Position numbers and translations under genes: made by a program. Below are positions 29,121 through 39,689 of a stretch of 64,000 nucleotides of DNA, piece by piece. The notes beneath the pieces are model-generated. The model was not told the DNA's origin. It saw only the letters and a program-made list of their open reading frames with translations, and did no database searches. The DNA comes from Minisyncoccota bacterium. Lineage in GTDB: Bacteria; Patescibacteriota; Minisyncoccia; Phycocordibacterales; XYD1-FULL-46-19. Every line of letters begins with the position of its first letter. Positions within the stretch are counted from its first letter, which is position 1. The stretch covers positions 108,915-172,914 of the forward strand of contig JBBABX010000002.1 of the NCBI GenBank assembly GCA_041657405.1, given 5' to 3'.

Positions 29121-30065
29121 GTGGTCATGCGCGGCGATTCTTTCCAGAAAGTAATCGCGCGAAAAGAAGGGTGCGATGTAATTACACCCCAAAACAAGGT
29201 ATATTACCCAGACAATAAGGTCTGGGATATCGTCCAGAGAAACCCAGAGGCCCCAAGAAAAGAGTCTTTTCTGCAAAAAAATCTGGGACTTTACTGGGTA
29301 GGTATTCCACCCTTTCAGAAACTGTACCATTATAATTTCGGCTGGGTAACCTACAAAGCACCAGAGGGCGAGACGGATCCCCGACCCGTCAAAAGACAAG
29401 AGGAGTTATTCCACATCTATATCAAGGATGCTCTATATTGGGGCACTCTAAAGGAAGCGGAAACTTTTGATAAGCTTCCAGTGGACGTGGAGTTTTTGTT
29501 CACTCTTCGGGTCGTCAATGTCTACGATGCTCTTTTTGAGATACATCGCTATCTCGATGCAATCTTAGACCTGGTTCGACAGCAAGGTAGACAATACGTC
29601 GGCACCAGAACCTACGACCAATTGGTCCAAAAAGAAGGCGACTCAGACCATGAGGGATTCTCTCATGGTGTATACAACCTCGGAACACAAGTAAGAGAGG
29701 AATATGGTGTTAAAATTGTTAGGGCTGACATTCTCTCTATTGACCCAGCTGGTTCAGCTGCTGCTCAATATCGAGAGGCATCAACCGCGGCTTACTTGGC
29801 AGAAGCCAAGAAAATCGCAACCGTCACCGCCGCCGAAGGAGAGGCAAGGGCAACCGAGTTGATCGGAAAAGCACGAGAAAAAGCGCTTAAGGCGCAAATT
29901 CGTGCTTTTGCCGCAAACCCCACCGCCGCTCAGGCAACTCTGAATGCTGAGGCAGCACGGGCAATGGGAATTGAGCATGTCGCCCATGCGGTGACTGCCG
30001 GCATTCGCGCCGGCTTCACTTCTAATTCCGAAGAACCACCGACGCAGCCACCGGCAAATCCTTAA
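29121..30065 (+). CDS. SPFH/band-7 (stomatin/HflKC-like) domain protein
   Basis: GLYWVGIPPFQKLYHY (PG.h.P.i..v pattern), GVKIVRADILSIDPA, and a C-terminal Ala/Glu-rich AEGEARA helix. Local GC (~50%) is well above background. Confidence 0.55.
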   Translation: MVMRGDSFQKVIARKEGCDVITPQNKVYYPDNKVWDIVQRNPEAPRKESFLQKNLGLYWVGIPPFQKLYHYNFGWVTYKAPEGETDPRPVKRQEELFHIYIKDALYWGTLKEAETFDKLPVDVEFLFTLRVVNVYDALFEIHRYLDAILDLVRQQGRQYVGTRTYDQLVQKEGDSDHEGFSHGVYNLGTQVREEYGVKIVRADILSIDPAGSAAAQYREASTAAYLAEAKKIATVTAAEGEARATELIGKAREKALKAQIRAFAANPTAAQATLNAEAARAMGIEHVAHAVTAGIRAGFTSNSEEPPTQPPANP

Positions 30066-30080
30066 GAAGGGAGGAAGATT

Positions 30081-30677
30081 ATGATTGGAGTAGTAATCGG
30101 AGCTGGCAGTTTTCTGTGCCTGGTAGGAATTGTGATAGGTGTAATTTATGTCATCACAAAACCCACCGCGCCACAATCCCAACAATCACCACCTTCTCGA
30201 GAAACACCGGCGACAGGGAGTGGTCAAGGCACCAGAGCAAACAATCTCTTGATGTTGAGTTTGGGCCAAAAAATCACTAGCTATGCCATCGCAGTAGTAA
30301 TTATCGTAGGGATAATTCTAGGGCTAGTCTGGCTAGGACGACCCAAAGCAACAGTTATGCCGTCCAAGCCCCCGATTGCAACAACCTACAAACATGCAGA
30401 TAAGGTGGTTGCCGATGGGGGGCCGTGGCAGAAAACAGAAGAGGTAGATTGGACAAAAGTAAACCCAATTCTTATCCCTAAAGATTGTCAAGGTTACTAC
30501 CTTTACAATCCTGGAGATAGACCCTTCCTAATCTGTCTGCCAGACGGCTCGGTTTTTGAGAGTAACGACCTAAATACAAACTCCCCTAAGCGGTATCTCC
30601 CCTTACTTCCGGGGAAAGAATTGAAATTGGCTTCCCTCACCGGAAAGTCAATGGAAATCACTTTCTACTGGAATTAA
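30081..30677 (+). CDS. two-TM membrane protein with C-terminal extracytoplasmic domain, hypothetical
   Basis: RBS GGGAGGAAG. TM1 at residues 1-25 and TM2 at ~65-90. Cys-containing C-terminal domain. Confidence 0.5.
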   Translation: MIGVVIGAGSFLCLVGIVIGVIYVITKPTAPQSQQSPPSRETPATGSGQGTRANNLLMLSLGQKITSYAIAVVIIVGIILGLVWLGRPKATVMPSKPPIATTYKHADKVVADGGPWQKTEEVDWTKVNPILIPKDCQGYYLYNPGDRPFLICLPDGSVFESNDLNTNSPKRYLPLLPGKELKLASLTGKSMEITFYWN

Positions 30678-30687
30678 TCACAAACAA

Positions 30688-30720
30688 GACCCGACACACA
30701 AAAAGTGTCGGGTCTTTTTA
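30688..30720 (+). terminator. rho-independent terminator
   Basis: Perfect 10-bp stem GACCCGACAC/GTGTCGGGTC with a 7-nt loop, followed by TTTTTA. Confidence 0.7.
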
Positions 30721-30739
30721 ATGGTCATCTTTTACAACT

Positions 30740-30985
30740 CTACCCCGTCAAACCCTCAATCGCACTAACAATAAAATGCATAATGCCATAGACTGAAACC
30801 ATAATCGTCATCCCAACCACACCCCAGGTAATATTACGAATTGCTTGACTACGATCTTCTTTGCCATCTTTAGCACGCCAAAGATATTCCACCAAACCGT
30901 AAAGAAAAAAGATTACCGCCAAGCCAAACATCAAAAAAATGAGGGGATTCAAGATATGAGTCTCAATATTGCGAAGCAAAGTCAT
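30740..30985 (-). CDS. small double-TM membrane protein, paralogue 1 (MVSVxG family)
   Basis: 81 aa, two TM. Conserved C-terminal TM motif MVSVYGIMHF shared with paralogues 2 and 3. Confidence 0.5.
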   Translation of the reverse strand: MTLLRNIETHILNPLIFLMFGLAVIFFLYGLVEYLWRAKDGKEDRSQAIRNITWGVVGMTIMVSVYGIMHFIVSAIEGLTG

Positions 30986-30995
30986 TTAGTTAAAA

Positions 30996-31361
30996 TTATG
31001 GAAGAGGAATATCGGGTACTTGATAGTTAGAAGAACTATCAACTCCAGTTAAATCTTGCAAAAATCCCACCAAGCCCCAAACCGAAACCATCACCGCGAT
31101 AATAATAATCCCCCAGAACATATCTGTCCTAGCCTTAGCTCTCTCATCGCCAGAACTACGCAAAAATTTTAAAAGACCCCACAAAAAATAGACTACGGCC
31201 AGGGCAATAAAGATAACAACTAACCATTGAAGAATCTCACCAACAGCTCCAGCAATCTCTCCAACTTCACCTGAATCACCTTGTAATATCCCCTGCGCTA
31301 AAGCCATAAAAGGCGCAACAGACAAAGCCCAAGGAGCAATTTTAATCATTCGTCTTAACAT
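30996..31361 (-). CDS. small double-TM membrane protein, paralogue 2
   Basis: Signal-peptide-like N-terminus. FLWGLLKFLRSSGDERAKARTDMFWGIIIIAVMVSVWGLVGFLQD is nearly identical in its second half to paralogue 3. Confidence 0.5.
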   Translation of the reverse strand: MLRRMIKIAPWALSVAPFMALAQGILQGDSGEVGEIAGAVGEILQWLVVIFIALAVVYFLWGLLKFLRSSGDERAKARTDMFWGIIIIAVMVSVWGLVGFLQDLTGVDSSSNYQVPDIPLP

Positions 31362-31469
31362 ATATTTAAATTAATAAATTAAACTAATAATTGATAATTT
31401 CTTCGACTACTTTATAATAACTTTTTAATTATAACATTCCTTCTAAACAAATGAAAAGTAATTTTTCTT

Positions 31470-31814
31470 CTAATCCTCGGTATAATCACCCAATTCTCCT
31501 AAAACATTTGGCTGGTCAATATTCCCACTTTTAAAACGGGGGACATTGGGCGGACTAGTTGGAATCGAATCGCCAAAAAACATTTGTTGCAAAAATCCCA
31601 CCAAGCCCCAAACCGAAACCATTACTGTCAAAACAATCACCCCCCAAACCATCATCGTCTTGGCTTTTTCCAATTCAGATTTATCACCCAAACCTGACCT
31701 TAAATATTTTATCAAACCCCAAAGAAATAACGCTACAGCTACTCCAATCAACAAGGCCACCAAAGGTGAAATTACTCCCGTTAAAAAATTATTTATTATT
31801 TGACTAAATGACAT
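31470..31814 (-). CDS. small double-TM membrane protein, paralogue 3
   Basis: FLWGLIKYLRSGLGDKSELEKAKTMMVWGVIVLTVMVSVWGLVGFLQQ; Pro-rich C-terminal tail. Confidence 0.5.
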   Translation of the reverse strand: MSFSQIINNFLTGVISPLVALLIGVAVALFLWGLIKYLRSGLGDKSELEKAKTMMVWGVIVLTVMVSVWGLVGFLQQMFFGDSIPTSPPNVPRFKSGNIDQPNVLGELGDYTED

Positions 31815-31832
31815 AAGTTATTTTAATTATAA

Positions 31833-32288
31833 TTATACAATACTTTGTTCAATCATCACGCCCTCAATCAAGTCATCAGCGGTATTTTTAATAACCTCCG
31901 CAATAACAAACGCTCCCAAAATTATTGCCGAGCCAATCAAAACTCCTTTAATGACTGTGTGCGCTTTTCTGATTTGAGATTCGTTGCCTCTCGCGGTCGT
32001 ATAAAGAAAACCCGCGTAAATAATTGCGATGATGACAATTGTAGTGCCAATTTGCACCATTATCTCAAGAATCAACCCCAAAAGACCTGGTAAATTATCT
32101 ATACCGTCTTTTAGCGGATTGGTAAAAATACCACCACCATCTTCAATAGTTCCGATTCCTTGGCCAGCCCCAGTCCCAACCCCCTGCCCAGCCCCAGTCC
32201 CAATTCCTGTTTGGGCCCAAAGTAAGTTTACGGAAAAACAAAAAATTATTACCAAAATTAAAATCAAAAATAACTTTAAATATTTCAT
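31833..32288 (-). CDS. secreted/membrane protein, paralogue 4 (signal peptide + Gly-rich GTGAGQG repeats + 2 TM)
   Basis: Signal peptide, repeats GIGTGAGQGVGTGAGQGIGT, then YAGFLYTTARGNESQIRKAHTVIKGVLIGSAIILGAFVIAEVI. Confidence 0.5.
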   Translation of the reverse strand: MKYLKLFLILILVIIFCFSVNLLWAQTGIGTGAGQGVGTGAGQGIGTIEDGGGIFTNPLKDGIDNLPGLLGLILEIMVQIGTTIVIIAIIYAGFLYTTARGNESQIRKAHTVIKGVLIGSAIILGAFVIAEVIKNTADDLIEGVMIEQSIV

Positions 32289-32293
32289 ATTAA

Positions 32294-32737
32294 TTATTGA
32301 CCAAAAACTTCTTCAATAACTGCTTGGAAAGCACCTCCACTATCAAAAAATAAACTAATAAAAGTTTTAACAATAGCATAAGCGCCTACCGCCAGGGCGA
32401 CACCAATAATAACATTCCTAAGCATTTCTCGATAAAAAGTAGGGTCTTTCCCTTGAGAAGAATCCCAGATTGTTTTAAAACCAGCCCAAATTATCAAAAT
32501 AGTCGCAATTGGTAAAATAATATAACCAATCACATAATCAAAAGTCTTGCCAACTAATTTTTTTAATTCACTAAAATCACAATCCATTGCACCATCTTCT
32601 CCCGTGCCACAAACAACCAGATGAAATCCTGAATCACCAGTCTGGTTTTCAGCTAAAAGCGTCACCGGCAAAAACAACAAAAGTGAGCAGATAAAAAAGA
32701 TTACGCCAAACTGAATTTTTGGGAGAAATGTTTTCAT
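32294..32737 (-). CDS. secreted/membrane protein, paralogue 5 (signal peptide + Cys pair + 2 TM)
   Basis: Signal peptide. WAGFKTIWDSSQGKDPTFYREMLRNVIIGVALAVGAYAIV has the same architecture as paralogue 4. Confidence 0.5.
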   Translation of the reverse strand: MKTFLPKIQFGVIFFICSLLLFLPVTLLAENQTGDSGFHLVVCGTGEDGAMDCDFSELKKLVGKTFDYVIGYIILPIATILIIWAGFKTIWDSSQGKDPTFYREMLRNVIIGVALAVGAYAIVKTFISLFFDSGGAFQAVIEEVFGQ

Positions 32738-32739
32738 AT

Positions 32740-34032
32740 TTATTTATTTAGCAAACTTGCGGCTTCTTTGATAGCCAAATCAACTCGCAAACGTCCGCTA
32801 GAATAATTATCGACCAAATCGCTAAAAACTTTAGCGTTAGCTGTTGAATTAAAATCTAACCAAGCGCGTGCAATCAAAGCCGCTTCATGAAAAATTTGGG
32901 TGTAAGGATTAGCCGAACCAAGCAAGAGGGTATTTCGTTTAACCGGCTGCAGGGAAAATGCCCTGGCAATATTTTCGGCTTTGTCTGAAATTGCCAAAGC
33001 GTAAACCGCCGAGAGAGTTGCCGTTAGACGCGAAGAATTTCTCATTATTGCTAAACCGTAAAAACGGCCAAAGGTTTGTCGTTTTTGCAAATTTTGTTGT
33101 GGCACTTCGGTTACGTCAAAATTAAGGTGGGGATTTTTGTTTTTTAAATAAAGATACTCGCTAGCGGGACCAAAATAATTTGCCAACTTGCCTGCCAAAA
33201 AACTATTCCTGGATTCCGCCCAAGAACGATGCCAACTATAGGTCACCTTGGCCGGGTCGGCAAATTGCACAAAAAATTCCAGAGCAGCTTGTGTCGGCAT
33301 AATAGAATAACCAAGATTTTCAGCTAAGGTCTGCTTAATCGCACCATTGCTTTGATAAACTATCGGATTACCAGCTTGTAATAAAAGAAGGGAAAATATA
33401 TCTTTGGCATGATTAACATTAAAAAATGTGCCTAAGGCTATTGCGCTTTGCAACAAGTTGTTGTTATCATCCAAAATTGTCAATTTGGGTTGATTACGGA
33501 CTAGCTCTTCCCAAGTCTTGGGTGGTAAAGGTAAACCATTAGTGGTATAAATATCTTTGTTGTAATAAAGAACTAGAGGGTCAACCCCAATTGGCAAAGC
33601 GTAATAAGCCTCCCCAATTTCAAACAATCGCGCACCATCCACAAAAGTGTCGTAAAAATTTCGTTTGGGATAATATTCTGCGGGAAAAGGATAAAGCCTT
33701 TCCCGTTGTTGTAAAATAACTTCATGAGACGCGATAATCATATCGGGACCCGTCCCCGAAGCCAGGGCGTTTGTTAATTCAGATTCAAAAGTAGCAGGAT
33801 TTTTCCTAACATAAGACAGTAAAAATTTGTCTTCATTTTTTTTGTTTAAATCAGCAAAATCACGAGTAAGCAAGTTTTCGTCAACCGTCCCCCAAATAAC
33901 CACCGTCCCAGCTGAACCAACAGATGTTTTTTTAAAGCCAGGAATAATCCCAGAAAAAATTAAAACACTTACTACTGCCGCAGCGCCAAAAATAAACAAG
34001 AGGATTAATTGAAAGGTGTTGCTTTTATTCAT
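32740..34032 (-). CDS. extracellular solute-binding protein (ABC-transporter SBP family 1-like), membrane-anchored
   Basis: N-terminal TM/signal, TVVIWGTVDEN, and YALPIGVDPLVLYYNKDIY, typical of the SBP_bac_1 family. Confidence 0.6.
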   Translation of the reverse strand: MNKSNTFQLILLFIFGAAAVVSVLIFSGIIPGFKKTSVGSAGTVVIWGTVDENLLTRDFADLNKKNEDKFLLSYVRKNPATFESELTNALASGTGPDMIIASHEVILQQRERLYPFPAEYYPKRNFYDTFVDGARLFEIGEAYYALPIGVDPLVLYYNKDIYTTNGLPLPPKTWEELVRNQPKLTILDDNNNLLQSAIALGTFFNVNHAKDIFSLLLLQAGNPIVYQSNGAIKQTLAENLGYSIMPTQAALEFFVQFADPAKVTYSWHRSWAESRNSFLAGKLANYFGPASEYLYLKNKNPHLNFDVTEVPQQNLQKRQTFGRFYGLAIMRNSSRLTATLSAVYALAISDKAENIARAFSLQPVKRNTLLLGSANPYTQIFHEAALIARAWLDFNSTANAKVFSDLVDNYSSGRLRVDLAIKEAASLLNK

Positions 34033-34035
34033 ATT

Positions 34036-34566
34036 TTATTTTTTTTGAAAAATTAAACCATAATGATGGTCGCCAGCAACAAATTCACGTTGCAAAACAA
34101 AACCATTATTTTCAAATGTTTGTTTTGCCTGTTCTTTGACAAAGACATCACCAGGCTGCGGCCCCAACCCCCCGAATGATTCATTCCAATCAATGATCAT
34201 CAATCGACCACCATTTTTTAAAATTCGCCGAGCTTCGGCAACGGTGGTATAAACTGATTTAGTCATAAAAAGCACATTAACCATAATCACCGCGTCAACC
34301 AAGGCGTCCGCCAGACCAGAGCCAGAAACTCTTTCTATATCGCCCCAAATAACTTCTACATTCCGCCAACCTTGACGGTCAGCCTCTTCTCTTAATTTTT
34401 CCAGAAGATCTTTTTGCACATCCACGGCATAAACTTTACCGTCAATACCAACCAGGGGGGCCGCTGCCAAACTAAAAGCACCAACGCCGCAACCCAAATC
34501 CGCAACTCGATCGCCAGGTTTTAATTCTAATTGTTGAATGTTTTTTTGTGGTTCACTAAAAGCCAT
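34036..34566 (-). CDS. class I SAM-dependent methyltransferase
   Basis: Motif I VADLGCGVGAFS; DVQKDLL; motif post-I; LKNGGRLMIIDW. Confidence 0.7.
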   Translation of the reverse strand: MAFSEPQKNIQQLELKPGDRVADLGCGVGAFSLAAAPLVGIDGKVYAVDVQKDLLEKLREEADRQGWRNVEVIWGDIERVSGSGLADALVDAVIMVNVLFMTKSVYTTVAEARRILKNGGRLMIIDWNESFGGLGPQPGDVFVKEQAKQTFENNGFVLQREFVAGDHHYGLIFQKK

Positions 34567-34754
34567 CTATTTTCTTTATTATATTTTAACATTTGACCAA
34601 AAAGCGAACAAGAAAAAATGTGAACAAGTTTGGGAATTAACCTCTTTAGCTTTTTTGTTTTAATTGTAAATTTTTGTATTTGCAAATAATTTAATTTAAA
34701 TTTTTTTTTAAAATTAAAACCCAAAATTGATTTAATTTATGTCTTATATTAATT

Positions 34755-37238
34755 TTACAGCCCTGTCATTGAAGCAATCTGGTCACCTTCGCGAAGCTTC
34801 ATTATCCGAACCCCCTGCGTCTGGCGACCCAAAGACGGAATCTCCTCCAAGCCAGTGCGAATAACTTGTCCCATTTTGGAGATTGCCACCATTTCAGTCA
34901 AACCTTCATCAACAACCTTAGCTGCCACCAAAGCACCAGTTTTTTTGGTTACACTTATTGTTTTAATTCCCGAACCGCCACGTTTTTGAACTTTATATTC
35001 TTTTAGTTTAGTTTTTTTGCCATAGCCATTTTCGCTGATAACCAAATATTCAGCCTCTTTCATTTCCTTTTTTATCACCTCAGCAGCAATTACCCTATCA
35101 TTTTTCTTTAATTTCATAGCTCGCACTCCCGCAGCACTTCGTCCCATTTCACGAATATCAGTTTCCTTAAAGCGAATCGCTTGTCCAGATCGTGATGATA
35201 TTATCACCTCATTATCTTTATGAATAGCCCGGGCCGCCAACAGCAAATCATCATCGGCTAATTTAATTGCCACCAATCCGCTACGGCGGACATCTTTAAA
35301 ACTCTCGGCCGAAACTTTCTTAGCCACCCCCCCAGCAGTAACCAACATCAACGAAAAATCAACCTTTTTGTATTCTTTTGGCATTGCTAAAACAGAAGTC
35401 ACTTTTTCATCATCGGTCAAAGACAAAAAATTCATAACTGATTTACCACGTGTGGCGCGCTTGCCTTCCGGCACTTCATACATTTTGAGCTGGTAAGCTT
35501 TACCCCTATCAGTAAAGAAGAGTAGATCATCATGGGTATTAGCGGTCAAGAAAATTGTGACAAAATCTTCTTCTTTCATATTGACATCTATCACCCCGAC
35601 TCCTCCTCGTCTTTGCGCGCGAAATTCCGCTGGGTCAGTGCGTTTAATATAACCGCCTGCTGTCACTGTCAAAACTTCTTCTTTTTCAGGAACTAAATCT
35701 TCGGTCTTGATTTCTCTAACGCCACCTTTGATAACTTTAGTTTTGCGGTTATCACCATATTTATCTCGAATTTCTGCAAGCTCATCTTTGATAATATTGT
35801 CTACCTTTTTGGGGTCAGCCAAAATCGCTTTTAATTCTTTAATCAAAGCTAATTTTTCTTTAAGTTCGTCTTCAATTTTTTTGCGTTCCAAACCAGCCAA
35901 TTTCTGTAATTTCATTTCTAAAATTGCTGTCGCTTGAATTTCAGAAAACTTAAAGTTTTTTACCAAAGCAGTATGCGCTTCTGGTGTATCTTTAGATTTT
36001 TTAATTGTCTTGATAATTTCATCAATGTGATCAAGCGCTCGTTTTAAACCTTCTAAAATGTGGGCGCGTTCTTCAGCTTTTCGTAAATCAAATTTAGTGC
36101 GACGAACCACCACTATCTGACGATGTTTTAAAAATTCCTCTAATATACCTTCAAGAGGCAAAAGCTTAGGCACTCCATCAACTAGGGTCAGCAAATTGTA
36201 ATGAAAGGTTATTTCTAAGTCAGTATGTTTATAGAGCGCGTTTAAAATCTTTTGCGGAAAAGCACCGCTTTTCAAATCAACTACAATACGAACATCTTTG
36301 GTTGACTCATCACGAATATCTTTTATTCCTTCCAATTTTTTATCACGCACCAAATCAGCTATTTTCATTATCAATTCAGCTTTATTAACCTGATAAGGAA
36401 TAGAACTGATAATAATTTGATAAAAACCAGCTTTGGCTTCCATTATTTCTGCTTCGCCACGCACCAAAACTCCCCCCTTGCCAGTCGCAAAAGCGCGTTT
36501 TATATCTTGTTCATTAAAAACTAAACCACCGGTCGGGAAATCGGGACCTTTAACAAATTCTAACAAATCTTCAGTGGTCGCTTCTGGATTATCAACCAAA
36601 TAAATCAAAGCTTCAATCAATTCGCGTAAATTGTGCGGTGGAATTTTGGTTGCCATACCAACAGCAATACCAACAGCGCCATTTAAAAGCAGTCCCGGTA
36701 CCGCCGAAGGCAAAACTACTGGTTCACGCCTAGTGCCATCATAGTTGGGGATAAAATCTACTGTATCTTTTTCTATATCGCGCAAAACTTCATTAGATAA
36801 TTTAGACATCCTGGCTTCGGTATAACGCATTGCAGCCGGTGAGTCTCCGTCAATGGAACCAAAGTTGCCTTGTCCATCCACTAGAATATAACGCATAGAA
36901 AAATCTTGTGCCAAACGAGTCATTGCATCATAACAAGCCCCGTCACCATGTGGATGGTATTTACCCAAGACATCGCCAACCACCGTCGCCGACTTGCGAT
37001 ATTTCGCAGCAGCAGTTAGCCCAAGCTCGTGCATAGAAAAAAGAATTCGTCGCTGGACCGGCTTTAGACCATCGCGTACGTCCGGCAAAGCACGACCTAC
37101 AATAACAGACATTGAATAATCCAGGTAAGATTCTTTCATTTCCGTCACAATATCTACGGGTATAATTGAAACTCGCTCCACTTGCAGAGCATCGTCTTTT
37201 TCTTTTTTTTCTTTTTTATTATCTTTATCTTTAGCCAT
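34755..37238 (-). CDS. gyrA: DNA gyrase subunit A (with Lys/Glu-rich N-terminal extension)
   Basis: [27 protein letters not shown]; active-site Tyr region [10 protein letters not shown]; C-terminal beta-pinwheel repeats. Confidence 0.9.
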   Translation of the reverse strand: MAKDKDNKKEKKEKDDALQVERVSIIPVDIVTEMKESYLDYSMSVIVGRALPDVRDGLKPVQRRILFSMHELGLTAAAKYRKSATVVGDVLGKYHPHGDGACYDAMTRLAQDFSMRYILVDGQGNFGSIDGDSPAAMRYTEARMSKLSNEVLRDIEKDTVDFIPNYDGTRREPVVLPSAVPGLLLNGAVGIAVGMATKIPPHNLRELIEALIYLVDNPEATTEDLLEFVKGPDFPTGGLVFNEQDIKRAFATGKGGVLVRGEAEIMEAKAGFYQIIISSIPYQVNKAELIMKIADLVRDKKLEGIKDIRDESTKDVRIVVDLKSGAFPQKILNALYKHTDLEITFHYNLLTLVDGVPKLLPLEGILEEFLKHRQIVVVRRTKFDLRKAEERAHILEGLKRALDHIDEIIKTIKKSKDTPEAHTALVKNFKFSEIQATAILEMKLQKLAGLERKKIEDELKEKLALIKELKAILADPKKVDNIIKDELAEIRDKYGDNRKTKVIKGGVREIKTEDLVPEKEEVLTVTAGGYIKRTDPAEFRAQRRGGVGVIDVNMKEEDFVTIFLTANTHDDLLFFTDRGKAYQLKMYEVPEGKRATRGKSVMNFLSLTDDEKVTSVLAMPKEYKKVDFSLMLVTAGGVAKKVSAESFKDVRRSGLVAIKLADDDLLLAARAIHKDNEVIISSRSGQAIRFKETDIREMGRSAAGVRAMKLKKNDRVIAAEVIKKEMKEAEYLVISENGYGKKTKLKEYKVQKRGGSGIKTISVTKKTGALVAAKVVDEGLTEMVAISKMGQVIRTGLEEIPSLGRQTQGVRIMKLREGDQIASMTGL

Positions 37239-37239
37239 A

Positions 37240-37551
37240 CTATTTTTCCATTTGTCCTGTCAAAACTTTAAAGCCTTCAACAACTGCCGCCGTATTTCTT
37301 TTTATAAATTCTAACCAATTACTCTTTTCCTCTTTTGTTATTATTTCAGTTTGGCCAGCTTCAGCAGCTTTTTCAACCTGGGCTAAAATTTCAGCTTCTT
37401 CTAAATTTTGGTTGTAAGCCAAAAAGTTAAAGTTAATAAACCAAATCAAAGCAATAAAAAGAGTTAGCCCACTACTCCAAACCATAAGCAATGTTTGGCG
37501 TTTGGGTTCTGGTTTTTCTCTGACTTTGCTTATATAATCTTTTATTGACAT
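37240..37551 (-). CDS. small membrane-anchored hypothetical protein
   Basis: 103 aa, one TM. Start overlaps the gyrA region (operonic). Confidence 0.4.
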   Translation of the reverse strand: MSIKDYISKVREKPEPKRQTLLMVWSSGLTLFIALIWFINFNFLAYNQNLEEAEILAQVEKAAEAGQTEIITKEEKSNWLEFIKRNTAAVVEGFKVLTGQMEK

Positions 37552-37585
37552 AGTTATTTATAAAATTTATTCAATAATTTGATTT

Positions 37586-38203
37586 TTAAATTTCTTTCAA
37601 AACTACCACCTCTCCTTCTTTGCCATCCAAATCTTTTCTCTTTAAAGTTAATTTATCTGTCGCTTCAATATCACCAGTGCCCGCTTCTTTAAGAAAAACC
37701 TTCAAATTCTCATCATTTTCACCTGACAAAATCGGAATGATAATCGAAGGTTCTAAGGAATTTGCTAATTTAAAAGCTTCTTTAGCCTTTAGAGTCCCAT
37801 TATCGCCAATCGGCACACAAAGCACATCTACCCCCCCAATTTCTTCTTTGATGTTCTTGAGCTCGGTTTCGGCGACTGCTCCCAAATGACAAAAACGAAT
37901 ATTATCTATAGTAAAAGTATAAATAGTATTTATCAAATCTTCTGGACCATTAGAAGATATCCCCAAAATAAAATTGCCACCGACTTCATATTCCCCTGGA
38001 CCATCAATCACAAACGGAGTTTTGTTGGCATAAGAAACCATCTCGGCACCATTAAAATCTTTATGATTTAAAGAAATCATCGCTAAATCCGCACCAAACC
38101 TGACTGTTTTCATTTTTGAATCTTTACTTAGAGGATTAAAAGCCGCGACCAAATCGCCCTGCTGAACTTTTATAAAAGCTTTACCGTGATAACTTATTAT
38201 CAT
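37586..38203 (-). CDS. MBL-fold metallo-hydrolase-like protein
   Basis: About 205 aa with a beta-lactamase-fold pattern HxGxxAFxxV...HxDH-like (LNHKDF, FCHLGAV...DVLCVPIGD). Family assignment is tentative. Confidence 0.45.
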   Translation of the reverse strand: MIISYHGKAFIKVQQGDLVAAFNPLSKDSKMKTVRFGADLAMISLNHKDFNGAEMVSYANKTPFVIDGPGEYEVGGNFILGISSNGPEDLINTIYTFTIDNIRFCHLGAVAETELKNIKEEIGGVDVLCVPIGDNGTLKAKEAFKLANSLEPSIIIPILSGENDENLKVFLKEAGTGDIEATDKLTLKRKDLDGKEGEVVVLKEI

Positions 38204-38365
38204 ATTTTTTTATTTTAACATAACTATAACTAAAAATACACTCTTGTCTTGCTCTCTTGCTGTTTGATATTTTAAGGTGGTTTAATCTGCTTTCTATAAA
38301 ATTAGAAAATTTTAATCTACTTTAAATTTTGACTTTTTTCTTGATTTTACCTATACTTTTACATT

Positions 38366-39577
38366 ATGAATACAATGCAAAAAGATTTGTCACAAACAAC
38401 TGATCAAGAACAAAATATTGAAGACCTTGGGCAAGAAGGGGCTGAATTTAAGAATCCCAAAGAAAACGAGCGTCGAGTAATGGAAGAAGTTCTTAAAAGT
38501 TCTCCGTTGCCACCAGAAGAAGGGGCTTTGATAGAAGGAGGGGTTATTGCTAAAGGAAAAAAATCGCTTTACATAGATTTGCCACCTTTTGGCACTGGTA
38601 TTATTTTTGGTCGCGAATATTTGAACGCTAAAGATATCATTAAAAAAATCTCAATTGGTGACACAGTAACGGCCAAAGTGATTGAGACCGAAGGAGAAGA
38701 TGGGTATATCGAACTTTCGTTAAAAGAAGCCAAACAGGCTATTATTTGGGATGAAGCCGAAAAGGCCACCAAGGGAAAGACTTTATTTGATTTGGAAGTC
38801 AAAGACGCCAACAAAGGTGGTCTTATTTTAGAATGGAAAAGCATTGACGGTTTCTTGCCTGCTTCTCAACTCAAAGCCGAACACTACCCGCGAGTTCCCG
38901 ATGGTGACAAAGACGCGATTATGGAAGAATTGAAAAAGTTTATCGGTCAAACTTTGACAGTTTCCATTATCGGTACCGACTCCAAAGAAGGTAAATTAAT
39001 TTTTTCAGAAAAAAACCAAGATTCCAAACTTAAAAAAGAAATTATAGATAAATATTCACTGGGCGATATTGTTGAAGGCGAAGTAACTGGTGCTGTAGAT
39101 TTTGGTATTTTTATCAAAATTCAAGAAGGTTTAGAAGGTCTAATCCACATCTCTGAAATTGATTGGTCATTAGTGGAAAATCCTCGCGAGCTCTTTAAAG
39201 TTGGCGACAAAATCCGCGCAAAAATCATAGATATTAAAGAAGATAAAATTTCTTTATCTATCAAAACACTAAAGGAAAACCCCTGGCAAGGCGCTGAAAA
39301 GAAATACAAACGTGGAGATGTTGTCAAAGGCGTTGTTATCAAACACAATAGACATGGCGCGTTGGTTAGCCTTGAAGAGGGAGTGGCTGGATTAGTTCAT
39401 ATTTCAGAATTTGTTAGTGAAGAAGAGTTGCGACAAAAGTTAGAACTTGGAAAAACTTATACTTTTACTATTAATATTTTTGAACCCAAAGACCAAAAAA
39501 TGACCTTACTATTCGGCACTGTCCCCGAAAGAGTAGATGAAGAAAGCAAGAAAAAAACAGAAAACAAACAAAAATAG
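38366..39577 (+). CDS. rpsA: 30S ribosomal protein S1 (four S1 domains)
   Basis: Repeated S1 motifs GDTVTAKV, GDIVEGEVTGAVDFGIFIKI..GLIHISEI, GDVVKGVVIKHNRHGALVSL..GLVHISEF. Confidence 0.8.
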   Translation: MNTMQKDLSQTTDQEQNIEDLGQEGAEFKNPKENERRVMEEVLKSSPLPPEEGALIEGGVIAKGKKSLYIDLPPFGTGIIFGREYLNAKDIIKKISIGDTVTAKVIETEGEDGYIELSLKEAKQAIIWDEAEKATKGKTLFDLEVKDANKGGLILEWKSIDGFLPASQLKAEHYPRVPDGDKDAIMEELKKFIGQTLTVSIIGTDSKEGKLIFSEKNQDSKLKKEIIDKYSLGDIVEGEVTGAVDFGIFIKIQEGLEGLIHISEIDWSLVENPRELFKVGDKIRAKIIDIKEDKISLSIKTLKENPWQGAEKKYKRGDVVKGVVIKHNRHGALVSLEEGVAGLVHISEFVSEEELRQKLELGKTYTFTINIFEPKDQKMTLLFGTVPERVDEESKKKTENKQK

Positions 39578-39689
39578 CTCAAAATCCTATCAGTAAAAAC
39601 ATTAGCTCGCCAAAATGGCGAGCTAATGTTTTTATAACTTATCAACATCCCTCTTGCTTTTATTTTTCCTTTCTGCTATCATAAAAATT

